60,097 nt of DNA from Candidatus Omnitrophota bacterium (GTDB lineage Bacteria; Omnitrophota; Gorgyraeia; Gygaellales; Profunditerraquicolaceae), in the NCBI GenBank assembly GCA_003598025.1, contig QZKH01000006.1, forward strand, positions 313,930-374,026. The letters run 5' to 3'. A program made the translations under genes and the position numbers. Below the pieces are notes generated by a model that had not been told where the DNA came from, ran no database searches, and saw nothing but the letters and a program-made list of their open reading frames with translations. Shown here piece by piece: positions 36,428-45,398 of the stretch (position 1 is the first letter of the stretch; each line of letters opens with the position of its first letter).

Positions 36428-36612
36428 AATTGGTGGATTCTGAGCGATTGTCGCTAGGCAAGATCCTTCGGGTTAAAAGGCCAGGCCCCCAGGATTGATT
36501 TGCTGTAGCTGAAAGTAAGGCAAATCAGCAAGCCAAGGTCTCCTTTGCATAACGGATCGTAAAGTGTGCCTTTATCAGGCAAGCGAGTGAAGGAACATCC
36601 GTTAAATTTGCC

Positions 36613-37695
36613 ATGAATATGAAGAGATGCTTACTAATTTTTTTACTCATTTGTTTAGTCTTTAGCATATCTTATTCCTCCGAAAAGCCGCAAGAAGCAC
36701 TTTTCTATAAGAAATTAGAAAATAATGCTGTGCAGTGCTTGCTCTGCCCCAGATTTTGTCTTATTGCTGAAAATAACAGGGGATTTTGCCGGGTAAGAGA
36801 AAACAAATCCGGCAAATTATATTCTATTTCTTATGCCAGGCCCGTAGCAATACATGTGGACCCTATTGAAAAGAAACCTCTTTTTCATTTCTTACCTTCA
36901 TCTAAAGCATTTTCTATAGCTACCGCAGGATGTAATCTGAGATGCCAGTTTTGCCAGAACTGGGAGATATCACAAAGAAACCCGGATGAAATAAGGTATG
37001 AAAATTTAGACCCCCAGCAAATCGTTAGCATGGCTGTTGATTCGGGCTCTCCCGTAATAGCCTACACATATACTGAACCGACAATATTTTATGAATATAT
37101 GCTTGATACAGCCAGGCTAGCAAGGCAAGCTGGTTTAAAAAATGTAATACATTCCGCAGGTTTCATCAATGAGGAGCCCTTAAGAAAACTGGCCAAATAT
37201 CTGGATGCTGCGGATATAGATTTAAAGGCATTTAATGATGATTATTATGCTAAGATTTGCGGAGGCTCGCTTGAGCCGGTTTTAAATACGCTTAAAGTGT
37301 TAAAGAATGAAAATGTTCATTTGGAAATAACCACTTTGATCCTTCCCGGCTTAAACGACAATCCTGATGAAATACGGGCAATGTGCAAATGGATTAAGGA
37401 AAATCTTGGGGCTGACACCCCTTTACATTTTTCCAGGTTTTTCCCTATGTATAAACTTATAGCGCTTAGCCCGACTCCCGTATCTACGCTTGAGAAATTA
37501 AGGTCTATTGCCATGGAAGAAGGTTTGGAGTACGTATATATAGGTAACGTCGGCGGAAATGCCGGAGAAAATACCTATTGCCCTAAATGTAAAAAGACCG
37601 TTATAGGGAGAAAAGGGTATTTTATAGAACAAATAAATGTTGAAAACGGAATGTGCAAATTCTGCAAAGAGAAAATTGCAGGAGTATGGAATTGA
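36613..37695 (+). CDS. AmmeMemoRadiSam system radical SAM enzyme with N-terminal hydrophobic segment
   Basis: VQCLLCPRFCLIAENNRGFCRVREN N-terminal Cys motif and the rSAM motif CNLRCQFCQN. Preceded by MNMKRCLLIFLLICLVFSISYSS. Confidence 0.85.
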   Translation: MNMKRCLLIFLLICLVFSISYSSEKPQEALFYKKLENNAVQCLLCPRFCLIAENNRGFCRVRENKSGKLYSISYARPVAIHVDPIEKKPLFHFLPSSKAFSIATAGCNLRCQFCQNWEISQRNPDEIRYENLDPQQIVSMAVDSGSPVIAYTYTEPTIFYEYMLDTARLARQAGLKNVIHSAGFINEEPLRKLAKYLDAADIDLKAFNDDYYAKICGGSLEPVLNTLKVLKNENVHLEITTLILPGLNDNPDEIRAMCKWIKENLGADTPLHFSRFFPMYKLIALSPTPVSTLEKLRSIAMEEGLEYVYIGNVGGNAGENTYCPKCKKTVIGRKGYFIEQINVENGMCKFCKEKIAGVWN

Positions 37696-37696
37696 T

Positions 37697-39157
37697 ATGC
37701 CGAGGCTTATAAAATTAATAATTATTACTATAGTTTTTCATTTTTCTACAGTTAATCTTGCTTTTGCTGAAAAAGTTGTGCCTCATACTGCCAGTGGCAC
37801 GTTTTATCCTGCCGCTAAACGGGAGTTGTCATTACTGGTTGATAAATTAATGGCGCAAGTTGAAAGCCCGACTTTTCCCGGAAGAGTATTTGTTTTGGTG
37901 TCGCCTCATGCTGGTTATGGATATTCAGGCAAGATAGCAGCTTCAGCATATGCTCAAATACGTAATAAGCCGTATAATCTGGTAGTAATAATAGGCCCAA
38001 GCCATTATTTTGCATTTAATAAAATTGCTGTTTATCCGGAAGGTTATTTTTCTACTCCTTTAGGCAATCTTAAAATAGATGAAAGGTTTGCTAAGGCACT
38101 CTTAGAGAGCAGCCCGGATATAATAGCTGAGCCTGGAGCTTTTCAAAAAGAGCATAGTATTGAAGTACAGTTACCGTTTCTAAAGAAGGTTTTACCTGAT
38201 GCTATGATTGTCCCTGTAGTTATGGGTGATTGTACATTTGTTGACTGTAAGCTACTTGCTGAATCTCTAAAAAAACTGATTGAAGGCAGGGACGATGTTT
38301 TAGTCATTGTTTCTACTGATATGTATCATGGTTACGATTATGAAGAGGCTTCCAGGACAGACCAGGCTACAATAGAAGTAATCAAGCAGATGCAGGCAGA
38401 GGAGCTTTATTATGGCTTAAGGGAAGGTAAATATCAGATGTGCGGAGGTTTTGGTATGGTATCGGCGCTTATTCTTGCTAAAGAGCTGGGCCACAATAAA
38501 GTTAAGGGCGTCGATTACACTAATTCAGCGGTGGTCACCGGCAAGAAAACAAAGGGGAATTGGACCGTCGGTTATTTTAGCTGTGCAATTAATAATAAGG
38601 AGGATACCTTTATGTTGAGCCCTAGCGATCAAAAAAGATTATTGGATATAGCCCGGCTTGCAATATCGGAATATTTATTAAAAGGCAAAAAAGTTGATTT
38701 AAAAGAGGAGCTTTCTCCGTTGAATGTCAAGACAGGCGCTTTTGTGACTTTGCATGAGCATGGAGAATTGCGCGGTTGTATCGGCAATTTGACTTCAGAT
38801 AAGCCGTTGTATCTTACTGTGCGCGATATGGCGATTGAAGCTGCTGTCGGAGACCCGAGATTTCCAAAGCTGACCGAGCAGGAATTAAAAGATGTAGAAT
38901 TAGAGATCTCCGTTCTTTCACCTCTAAAGAAAATTGATGATGTTAAAGAGATAGAGATGGGTAGAGACGGTGTATTAATCCGCAAAGGATTTAATAGCGG
39001 GGTATTCTTGCCGCAGGTTGCCACAGAGACAGGCTGGGACAAGGAAGAATTCTTGTCTTATCTTTGCCAGCACAAGGCAGGCCTTGCGCCTGACGCATGG
39101 AAAGATAAGCAGACAGATATCTATACGTTCACCGCGCAGGTCTTTTCCGAAAAATAA
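37697..39157 (+). CDS. Memo-like (AmmeMemoRadiSam protein B) / AMMECR1 (protein A) fusion with signal-like N-terminus
   Basis: Memo motifs ASGTFYP and VSPHAGYGYSG. C-terminal AMMECR1 motif GAFVTLHEHGELRGCIG. The start is set at MPRLIKL; the ORF-track 37637 start overlaps the upstream gene. Confidence 0.85.
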   Translation: MPRLIKLIIITIVFHFSTVNLAFAEKVVPHTASGTFYPAAKRELSLLVDKLMAQVESPTFPGRVFVLVSPHAGYGYSGKIAASAYAQIRNKPYNLVVIIGPSHYFAFNKIAVYPEGYFSTPLGNLKIDERFAKALLESSPDIIAEPGAFQKEHSIEVQLPFLKKVLPDAMIVPVVMGDCTFVDCKLLAESLKKLIEGRDDVLVIVSTDMYHGYDYEEASRTDQATIEVIKQMQAEELYYGLREGKYQMCGGFGMVSALILAKELGHNKVKGVDYTNSAVVTGKKTKGNWTVGYFSCAINNKEDTFMLSPSDQKRLLDIARLAISEYLLKGKKVDLKEELSPLNVKTGAFVTLHEHGELRGCIGNLTSDKPLYLTVRDMAIEAAVGDPRFPKLTEQELKDVELEISVLSPLKKIDDVKEIEMGRDGVLIRKGFNSGVFLPQVATETGWDKEEFLSYLCQHKAGLAPDAWKDKQTDIYTFTAQVFSEK

Positions 39158-39167
39158 ACTTATTCAT

Positions 39168-39839
39168 ATGATAAGCGCAGTATTAATGTTTTTTTTATTA
39201 GGGCTTTCTTTTGGAAGCGGGCCATGCCTTTTAAGCTGCGGTCCGATAATACTACCGCTCATTGCTGCAACACAGAAAAGCATACCAAAAAGCATTTTGC
39301 TTTATTTGTTTTTTTCTGTTGCCAGGGTAGCCGTTTATATGGTCTTATCTTTCCTGATTTTTAAGTTAGGTAAAGATTTGTTTGAGGCACACTTTTCCGG
39401 CATGGTTAAGTATTTCTATTTAACCGGCGGGATATTGATAGTAAGTTCGGGGGCGGCGCTGTTATTTAAAAACAACCTTCAGGAGTCTCTTTGCAGCAGG
39501 TTTGTTAAATCCTGCTTTGGCGGCAGCGCCAGGCCCGCAGTTATTATGGGGGTTGTCCTTGGCGCCCTTCCTTGTCTGCCTCTTGTGACTGTTTTTTCTT
39601 ATATAGGTTTTGCATCTAAAAGCCCTCTTGCGAGTATTTTATATAGCCTGTCTTTTGGCATTGGAACGGTTTTATCCCCATTATTAATAATGTCTGCCGG
39701 CGCTGGTTTTATCGGAAAGATTTTTCAAGATAATATAAAATTTGTCCGTGTTTTAAATTATTGCTCTGCAATAATCATTATCGTTTTGGGGCTGCAAATA
39801 TTGCTTAATGCATTTATTGGATTATGGAAAGGACTATAA
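39168..39839 (+). CDS. DsbD_2/CcdA-like polytopic membrane protein
   Basis: About six TM segments with intramembrane Cys motifs GSGPCLLSCGP and GALPCLPL. The start is set at MISAV. Confidence 0.45.
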   Translation: MISAVLMFFLLGLSFGSGPCLLSCGPIILPLIAATQKSIPKSILLYLFFSVARVAVYMVLSFLIFKLGKDLFEAHFSGMVKYFYLTGGILIVSSGAALLFKNNLQESLCSRFVKSCFGGSARPAVIMGVVLGALPCLPLVTVFSYIGFASKSPLASILYSLSFGIGTVLSPLLIMSAGAGFIGKIFQDNIKFVRVLNYCSAIIIIVLGLQILLNAFIGLWKGL

Positions 39840-39840
39840 T

Positions 39841-40569
39841 ATGGCAAGGTTATTTTTATCTGATCCAAAAGTAATTAGCGGGAGAATATCCATAGAAGAA
39901 CCTGCAAGTATACATTACCTTAGGGATGTATTGCGTTCCAGGCAGCACGATACAGTAATAGTTTTTGATGGTAAGGGCAGGGAATATATATGTTCAGTTG
40001 AAACCATTTCTGAAAAAATAGTACTTATAGTCAGAGAAGAATCCGCAGCCGTTAAGAGAGAAGGCAACGTTGTAATAACCTGTGCCTGCGCAATCCCGAA
40101 AAACTCACGGATGGATGATATTATCGATAAGCTTACCCAGCTTGGGGTAGACAGGATAATACCTTTGATTACCGAGCGTACCCAGGTAAAACTGGATAAG
40201 AAGAGGCGATTGATTAAGCATGAACGTTGGGAAAAGATAGCAATTGCGGCTTCGCAGCAGAGCCAGAGAGTATCTCTGCCTAAAATAGATTTGGTTACGG
40301 AGTTTGATGATTTCATTTCCCTAACTAATAGATTTGATGTTAAACTTATGCCAAATCTCGTCGGTAAGACTAAACATTTAAGCCAGCTGTTAAATTCATT
40401 AGGAAAGAACATTCTGGTTGCAATAGGCCCGGAAGGAGATTTTAGCCAGGCTGAAGTCGATACCGCAATAAAAAATGGATTTATATCAGTCTCGCTTGGC
40501 GATACGGTATTACGTGTTGAAACTGCGGCAGTGTCTATAGTAAGTTTCTTAAGGCTGGTTAGCTATTAA
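39841..40569 (+). CDS. rsmE: 16S rRNA (uracil1498-N3)-methyltransferase
   Basis: N-terminal PUA-like MARLFL...HYLRDVLR and a C-terminal SPOUT knot IGPEGDFSQAEV..LGDTVLRVETA. Confidence 0.85.
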   Translation: MARLFLSDPKVISGRISIEEPASIHYLRDVLRSRQHDTVIVFDGKGREYICSVETISEKIVLIVREESAAVKREGNVVITCACAIPKNSRMDDIIDKLTQLGVDRIIPLITERTQVKLDKKRRLIKHERWEKIAIAASQQSQRVSLPKIDLVTEFDDFISLTNRFDVKLMPNLVGKTKHLSQLLNSLGKNILVAIGPEGDFSQAEVDTAIKNGFISVSLGDTVLRVETAAVSIVSFLRLVSY

Positions 40570-40570
40570 T

Positions 40571-41872
40571 ATGAAAACAGTAAAATTATTTACATTAGGC
40601 TGCAAGGTAAACCAATACGAAACCCAGGTTATCAGGGAAAATATCCTTAAGGCGGGATTAAGGGAAGTTAACAACGGCCTGGGCGCGGATTGCTATATCA
40701 TCAATACTTGTACCGTAACTCATAAAGCTGATTCTGAGTCTTTAAGATTGATACGTATAGCTAAAAAGGAGAACCCGCAGGCAAAGATTGTCGTCACAGG
40801 GTGTTTCACTGAAAAAGACCGGGGTCTGATAATCTCAAAGTTTCCCGGTATCTTAATAGTTACTAATAATCAAAAACATAGAATTAAGGAAGTATTATTT
40901 GAAACAGACCGTAATGAAAGCCAGAGTTCTGATTGCCAGGGGGTTTCTTATTTTGAAGGGCATACAAGAGCTTTCATAAAAATACAGGATGGATGCAACA
41001 ATTTCTGTGCTTATTGCAAAGTGCCTTTTGTAAGAGGCAGGTCAAAGAGCAGGCATCTTAAAGAAGTAATCCATGAGGCCCAAAGGCTGGCTGATAATGG
41101 GTACAAGGAAATAGTATTAACCGGGATTTGCTTAGGTGAATATGGGCGCGACCTGGACGGGGATATAGATTTGACTGGTATAATTTCTGCTCTTGAGAAG
41201 ATCAGCAGTATAAGGCGTATCAGGCTTAGTTCAATAGAAATTAATAATATTTCCGAATCTTTGATAAAAACGTTAGCTGGCTCATCTAAATTATGCAAGC
41301 ATTTACATATCCCATTACAGAGCGGCGATGATTATATCTTATCAAGAATGAACCGCAGGTATAATAGCAGCTACTTTCTCCGGGCAGTTGATGCCATAAG
41401 GAAAGCTGTGAATACGATATCTATTACAACCGATGTTTTAGTCGGGTTTCCGGGAGAAGAAGAAAGCCATTTTAATAATACTGTTGCCGTATTAAGGCAG
41501 ATAAACCCCTTAAAGACCCATATATTTCCATATTCTGAAAGAGCAGGGACACAGTCTAGCCTGATGAGGCCTTTAGTCCAAGCAAAAATTGTCTCTAACC
41601 GTATTAGTTGCCTTAAAGAAGAATGCTTAAAATTGTCTATTGCCTTTAGAACTAAATTCATTGGTCAGGAAATGGATGTCATAATTGAAGATAAGTTTAA
41701 GGAGGGGGGGTATTTTTGGCGTGGTTATACTGGTAATTATATTAGAGTCTTACTTGATGACAAAGATGAAAAGCTGGAAAATTCAGAAATAAAAGTTATT
41801 TTAAGCCATATAATCAGCGATGAATATGTAGCTACATTACCATTGACAAGACAAAGGGATATGATAAAATAA
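40571..41872 (+). CDS. mtaB: methylthiotransferase, MtaB-like (tRNA t6A37 methylthiolation)
   Basis: UPF0004 N-domain TLGCKVNQYE, rSAM motif CNNFCAYC, and a C-terminal TRAM-like region. 433 aa. Confidence 0.8.
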   Translation: MKTVKLFTLGCKVNQYETQVIRENILKAGLREVNNGLGADCYIINTCTVTHKADSESLRLIRIAKKENPQAKIVVTGCFTEKDRGLIISKFPGILIVTNNQKHRIKEVLFETDRNESQSSDCQGVSYFEGHTRAFIKIQDGCNNFCAYCKVPFVRGRSKSRHLKEVIHEAQRLADNGYKEIVLTGICLGEYGRDLDGDIDLTGIISALEKISSIRRIRLSSIEINNISESLIKTLAGSSKLCKHLHIPLQSGDDYILSRMNRRYNSSYFLRAVDAIRKAVNTISITTDVLVGFPGEEESHFNNTVAVLRQINPLKTHIFPYSERAGTQSSLMRPLVQAKIVSNRISCLKEECLKLSIAFRTKFIGQEMDVIIEDKFKEGGYFWRGYTGNYIRVLLDDKDEKLENSEIKVILSHIISDEYVATLPLTRQRDMIK

Positions 41873-41926
41873 AGCAGCTAATTTCTTATTTATCCCGTAT
41901 CATTTCAAAAAGGCAGGAGGGAATTG

Positions 41927-42430
41927 ATGAAGAAGAAATTCAGAGTTTTAATAGTGGCCTTTTCCCCAATATTTTTTTTACTCTTCTTAACTATAACCTT
42001 GCCAATATCTGGTTTTACCCAGGAAACAATGACGATCACAACTTATTATCCTTCGCCTTTTGGCAGCTACCGGGAATTAAGCTGGGGCACTGGCAATACC
42101 AGGGGCCTGCTAAAGGCGGATCAGGGCTCCTCTATTGAGTTAGGCGGCCAGGGAACACCATACATTGATTTCTCTAATGATATGAGCAGTGATTTTGATG
42201 TAAGGTTGCGTCTTACGGATAACAACTCGCTTACAGTGGAAGGCGGGTTTTTATACGGGGGTATAAGTTGCAGGCTCGTTACATATAGTTCTACGACCGG
42301 AGTCTGCACATGTGGAGATTGGGATTGTAATGGCTCTATAGATGAATCTAACTATTGGTTGGCAGGCCTTATTTATCAATCGGTTACCATACCTACTAGC
42401 GGCAGATATCTTTGCTGCAGAAGGAATTAA
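41927..42430 (+). CDS. secreted protein with N-terminal QETMTITTYYPSPFGSY module and Cys-rich C-terminus (unknown function)
   Basis: Signal peptide, then a module shared with the 53696 ORF. C-terminal CTCGDWDCNG...CC. AGGAGGG RBS upstream. Confidence 0.5.
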   Translation: MKKKFRVLIVAFSPIFFLLFLTITLPISGFTQETMTITTYYPSPFGSYRELSWGTGNTRGLLKADQGSSIELGGQGTPYIDFSNDMSSDFDVRLRLTDNNSLTVEGGFLYGGISCRLVTYSSTTGVCTCGDWDCNGSIDESNYWLAGLIYQSVTIPTSGRYLCCRRN

Positions 42431-42450
42431 TCCTTTATTTATAAACTTTT

Positions 42451-42894
42451 ATGGAGTTTGAACTTAATACCGAAATATACCCTAAAGATGTGATAATGGA
42501 GACATGCTTCCGTTATCTAGACAGGGTTTTTGTCTACCTGGATAAAGGCAGCAATGGTACGATAAAAGTTTATATCCAGCCTAAAAATACCGCCAATAGA
42601 CTTACGCATATAAAAGAAGAATTCCTTAACGACCTTATATATACCAGGGTAAGGTACCAGATACACAACAACAATAAAAATATAACCGAGTTTATCATAA
42701 AACGCGCTTTATACTCTGCGACGTTATCTGAAGAAGAGAGGCTGAAGGTACTGGAAAATTATATAAAAAATGATAGCATCGGAAAAAGTTTTGATGACCC
42801 GGAAGGTATAGCTGTTCCCTGGGAAGAAAAATTCGCGCATAATAAAGCTGATAGTAAACATAAATCGCGCCCAAAGAAGCATCCTGCTAAATGA
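42451..42894 (+). CDS. hxsD: HxsD-like protein (His-Xaa-Ser system)
   Basis: EEFLNDLIYTRVRYQI approximates the LLNDYxLRE signature that names the HxsD family. Sits next to an HxsB-like rSAM gene. Confidence 0.5.
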   Translation: MEFELNTEIYPKDVIMETCFRYLDRVFVYLDKGSNGTIKVYIQPKNTANRLTHIKEEFLNDLIYTRVRYQIHNNNKNITEFIIKRALYSATLSEEERLKVLENYIKNDSIGKSFDDPEGIAVPWEEKFAHNKADSKHKSRPKKHPAK

Positions 42895-43118
42895 GTCTAA
42901 AGATAAGCCAGGAAATAAAGTTCCATAAGGATATTTATCCAAAAAGAGCCATTGAAGATTCATCCCTGGCTTTTGGAGATTTTTTTGAATCCCGCATAAA
43001 AAAAACGGGAAGCTATTTTGTCGTCGATATAAAAGGTTATATCGCTAAAGATAGAGAACAGGAAATAATAAACGAATTTAAGAATTATGTTTTAGCTGAG
43101 GCCAAACGATGTCTTTAG
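42891..43118 (+). CDS. short HxsD-like paralogue
   Basis: 75 aa. Shares DIYPKRAIEDS / EIYPKDVIMET and IINEFKNYVLAEAKR / IKEEFLNDLIYTRVR with the preceding ORF. ATGA overlap. Confidence 0.4.
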   Translation: MSLKISQEIKFHKDIYPKRAIEDSSLAFGDFFESRIKKTGSYFVVDIKGYIAKDREQEIINEFKNYVLAEAKRCL

Positions 43119-44593
43119 CCAATTGCCAGGTTGATGAAAAAAAAGTTCACAACCTGCTTTTTAAGCCATTTAAGAGCGGATTCTTGATAACAAATAGTTT
43201 CGGCAATTACCATTTTCTGAACAGGGAAGAGTTCGCATCTTTTGTGCAGGGAGACACCAGTGTCCTAGCTAAAGAAAAAATAGATGGATTAAGAGAACAA
43301 GGCTTCCTGCGCGATTCTCTTGATTTCTCAGCGCTTACCAAAAAATACCTTTCCCGTAAAAGCTTCCTTTTTCAAGGGCCTTCTTTGCATATAATGGTTG
43401 TAACTCACAGGTGTAACCATAAGTGCCTTTATTGTCAGACCAATTCTAAGCCGGCTACGGAGAGTTTGTCTGATATGCAAAAACAGGTTTCTGACAAAGT
43501 GATAGATTTTATCTTTGAGTCACCGAATAAGAATATAGCAATTGAATTCCAGGGCGGCGAACCGCTGTTAAACTTTGATACGATTAAACACGCAGTTTCA
43601 TACGCAAAGAAAAAGAATGAGATTGCTGGGCGCAATCTCTTGATAGTCCTGGTTACCAATATGAGCAGGATGGATAAGGATAAACTAAAATATCTGCTGG
43701 AAAATAATATCGGTATCTGTACGTCTTTAGACGGCCCCGAAGCATTACATAATAAATACAGGTTATTTGGCCAGGGCAATAGTTACAATGAGGCAGTTAA
43801 ATGGATTAAAGTTGTTCATGAAGAAATTAATTCCGGAAGATACCACGGTTATAAACATCGCTTGGAAGCTTTGACTACAGTTACGCGTGATTCCCTTTTA
43901 CAGCCAAAAGAGATCATTGATACTTATTTAGATAATGGTTTTAAGGGTATAGACTTAAGGCCAGTCCAGCCGTTCGGAGTCGCTGAAGGCCAGGCATGGC
44001 AGGGCATTTCTTTTACTGCTGAAGAATTTATGGGATTTTATAAAAGTGCTTTAGATTACATAATCAAACTCAACTCCGAAGGAAAATTTTTTTATGAAAG
44101 AAGAGCTCTGATATTTTTAACTAAAATACTGACTGATACAGACCCTAATTTCTTGGATTTACGTTCTCCGTGCGGTGCCGGCATAGGGCAGATGGCTTAT
44201 GATACTAATGGCGATATTTATACCTGTGACGAAGGCAGGATGTTCGCTGCGCTAAACCCGGCTGATTTTTCATTTCGTTTAGGTAATGTTAGCCAAGACC
44301 CATACAGCAGTATTATGAAAAGTAGCAAAATTGAGGCGATGTGCCTGGCTTCCTGTTTGGATAACTTACCGCACTGCAGTAGTTGTGTGTATAAGCCTTA
44401 TTGCGGTGTGTGCCCGTTATATAATTATGCAGAGCAAAAAGACTTATTTATGAAATATAGAAATCAAAGATGCAGTATAAATGAACAAATATTAGATTAC
44501 CTTTTTTCTCTTTTAAGAAAAAAGGCGAATATGGCTATCTTTAAGAATTGGATTGAAGGGTTTCATTATAAACAAGGGGAGGTAGGCGTATGA
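43109..44593 (+). CDS. hxsB: radical SAM/SPASM maturase, HxsB-like
   Basis: CNHKCLYC (Cx3Cx2C), GGEPLL, and C-terminal SPASM cysteines CGAG..YTCDEG..CSSCVYKPYCGVCP. 494 aa. Confidence 0.75.
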   Translation: MSLANCQVDEKKVHNLLFKPFKSGFLITNSFGNYHFLNREEFASFVQGDTSVLAKEKIDGLREQGFLRDSLDFSALTKKYLSRKSFLFQGPSLHIMVVTHRCNHKCLYCQTNSKPATESLSDMQKQVSDKVIDFIFESPNKNIAIEFQGGEPLLNFDTIKHAVSYAKKKNEIAGRNLLIVLVTNMSRMDKDKLKYLLENNIGICTSLDGPEALHNKYRLFGQGNSYNEAVKWIKVVHEEINSGRYHGYKHRLEALTTVTRDSLLQPKEIIDTYLDNGFKGIDLRPVQPFGVAEGQAWQGISFTAEEFMGFYKSALDYIIKLNSEGKFFYERRALIFLTKILTDTDPNFLDLRSPCGAGIGQMAYDTNGDIYTCDEGRMFAALNPADFSFRLGNVSQDPYSSIMKSSKIEAMCLASCLDNLPHCSSCVYKPYCGVCPLYNYAEQKDLFMKYRNQRCSINEQILDYLFSLLRKKANMAIFKNWIEGFHYKQGEVGV

Positions 44594-45312
44594 AAAATAG
44601 AATATTGCTGTTAGGTATTTTTGTCTTTCTTTTTTATAACACTGTTTTCTCAGAGAACCGCACTACGTCAATTAAGACTTACACGCCTGGCTCAAGAGAA
44701 GAGTGTTTAAGCAGCCTGGATTTAGACTCTTTAGGCAGGGAGACGTTGCAGGATTTCAGCACTCAATTGCAGGAATATTTTACGGCAAAAGCCATTTTAT
44801 TTTTCAATGCGGATGAATGCAATAAACTTAATGATCACTGGTCCAAGGAATGCAAGAATTTATATGAAAAATATCTTTTTTGGATGAATCTGGTAAACGG
44901 TATACCTGCAGATTTGAAAACCCTTGATAGCTGCAGCCGTTATTTGGGGCTTGATAAACCCCAATGTATGCGTTTTATCAAAGCTTTCCAAGGGCGCGAT
45001 TTAACTTATTGCGCCAAAAACAATAATTGTATTGCTACTTTTAATCTGGATGAAAGCTCGATGCCCAGCCAGGATGATAAAAACTTTATAACGACAATTA
45101 AAGCTTATAGGGATAATAATATAGAGTTATGCAGGAAGATGAGGGGAGGCAGCAGCAGCCTTGTATCAAGGCAATTTTGTGAAGCATTGGTTAACGGAGA
45201 TACAGAAGGGATAAAATCATTTATCTCTAAAGGAGATTTTGATAAAATAAAAAAGAATATATGCGAAGGCCGGCCTACAGAGAGCCAGCTTTTGTCAGGA
45301 CAGAAAGAATGA
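44590..45312 (+). CDS. secreted 10-Cys protein (unknown function)
   Basis: Signal peptide MKNRILLLGIFVFLFYNTVFS and ten Cys spread over 240 aa. ATGA coupling to the hxsB-like gene. Confidence 0.5.
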   Translation: MKNRILLLGIFVFLFYNTVFSENRTTSIKTYTPGSREECLSSLDLDSLGRETLQDFSTQLQEYFTAKAILFFNADECNKLNDHWSKECKNLYEKYLFWMNLVNGIPADLKTLDSCSRYLGLDKPQCMRFIKAFQGRDLTYCAKNNNCIATFNLDESSMPSQDDKNFITTIKAYRDNNIELCRKMRGGSSSLVSRQFCEALVNGDTEGIKSFISKGDFDKIKKNICEGRPTESQLLSGQKE

Positions 45313-45398
45313 TTTTCTTTTATCTTTTGTATGTATTTAAATAATGTATAATATTCTGATTTAAAACACAGATTTATAATCTAATTCGGGAGGCCATA

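Noticed and set aside
36315-36612. Possibility that the ORF-free region after tRNA-Ala encodes SRP RNA, tmRNA or another housekeeping RNA.
   Set aside because: I looked for the SRP domain IV core (GGAA tetraloop flanked by AGCA/CAGG-type symmetric loop) and found only a loose AGCAAGCCAAGG resemblance. I also looked for a tmRNA-type tRNA-like end plus tag ORF and did not find it. An Infernal scan is needed before any call.
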